From Octopus sinensis (Eukaryota), in NCBI RefSeq assembly GCF_006345805.1, contig NC_042998.1, positions 207,204,001 to 207,268,000 of the forward strand: a stretch of DNA of 64,000 bases. The letters run 5' to 3'. The notes under the pieces are model-generated. The model saw only the letters and a list, made by a program, of their open reading frames with translations. It was not told the origin of the DNA and made no database searches. Position 1 is the first letter of the stretch. Each line of letters opens with the position of its first letter. The position numbers and the translations under genes are program-made. Shown one piece after another: positions 63,347-64,000 of the stretch.

Positions 63347-64000
63347 GAGGTGCAATGGCCCAGTGGTTAGGGCAGCAGACTCAAGGTTGTGAGATCATGG
63401 TTTCGATTCCCAGCCTGGGCATTGGTGAGTGTTTATAGAACGAAAACACCTAAAGCTCCACGAGGCTCTGACAGGGGTTGGTGGTGAACCCTACTGTATT
63501 CTTCCACCACAACTTTCTCTCACTCTTTTTTCCTGTTTCTGTTGTACCTGTATTTCAAAGGGGCCAACCATGTCACACTCTGTGCCACGCTGAATCTCCC
63601 CCGAGAACTACGTTAAGGGTACACGTATCTGTGGAGTGCTCAGCCACTTCCATGTTAAATTCATGAACAGGTTGTTCTGTTGATCGGATCAACTGGAACC
63701 CTCATCGTCATAACCGACGGAGTGCCACAATATTTGTGTTTGTATGTCTGTGTGTATCTGTTTGTGTGTGTATAGGAGTGTGTGTGTTTATTTGTTCCCC
63801 ACAAGTTTTTATGCCCCCTCGACTTAGCTGTTCAGCAACCAATGTTTTACGACCCCTTGACTTAGCTGTTCAGCAAAGGAACTGATAGAATAAGTACCGG
63901 TCTTGAAAAATAAAAAAAAAGTACCAGGGTTGATTCGTTTAACTAAAATTCTTCAAGGCACCCTGACACCTCATCACCATTGTCATTGTTTGCTTTTCAA

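Overview
Eukaryotic, AT-rich, repeat-dense genomic DNA with long introns. The SINE/LINE repertoire and microsatellite load point to a coleoid cephalopod, very likely Octopus (inference). Three spliced protein-coding genes are recognisable, and the ORF track captures only fragments of them. (1) The first coding exon of a calcipressin/RCAN gene (minus, 8138-8605); its remaining exons lie left of the window. (2) A complete 7-exon TYW5 (JmjC tRNA wybutosine hydroxylase, minus, 17185-40124, 1014 nt = 337 aa + stop, all GT-AG, phases consistent). (3) Exons 1-3 of MAIP1/C2orf47 (plus, from 40409). TYW5 and MAIP1 are head-to-head with 284 bp between start codons, the same arrangement as human 2q33 as I recall it. 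The rest is transposon-derived: several tRNA-derived SINE families, RTE, CR1-like and Dong/R4-like LINE fragments, a decayed Chapaev3 (CMC) transposon, Tc1/mariner, hAT and piggyBac-type MITEs, foldbacks and microsatellites. Most unusual: two unrelated repeat families carrying minimal type-I hammerhead-ribozyme-like motifs in inverted, Penelope-like configurations. One is fused to a tRNA-derived SINE head; the other has a compensatory U3-A8 core. Exon and TSD coordinates were counted by hand; repeat boundaries are approximate; family names come from motif recognition, not database searches.
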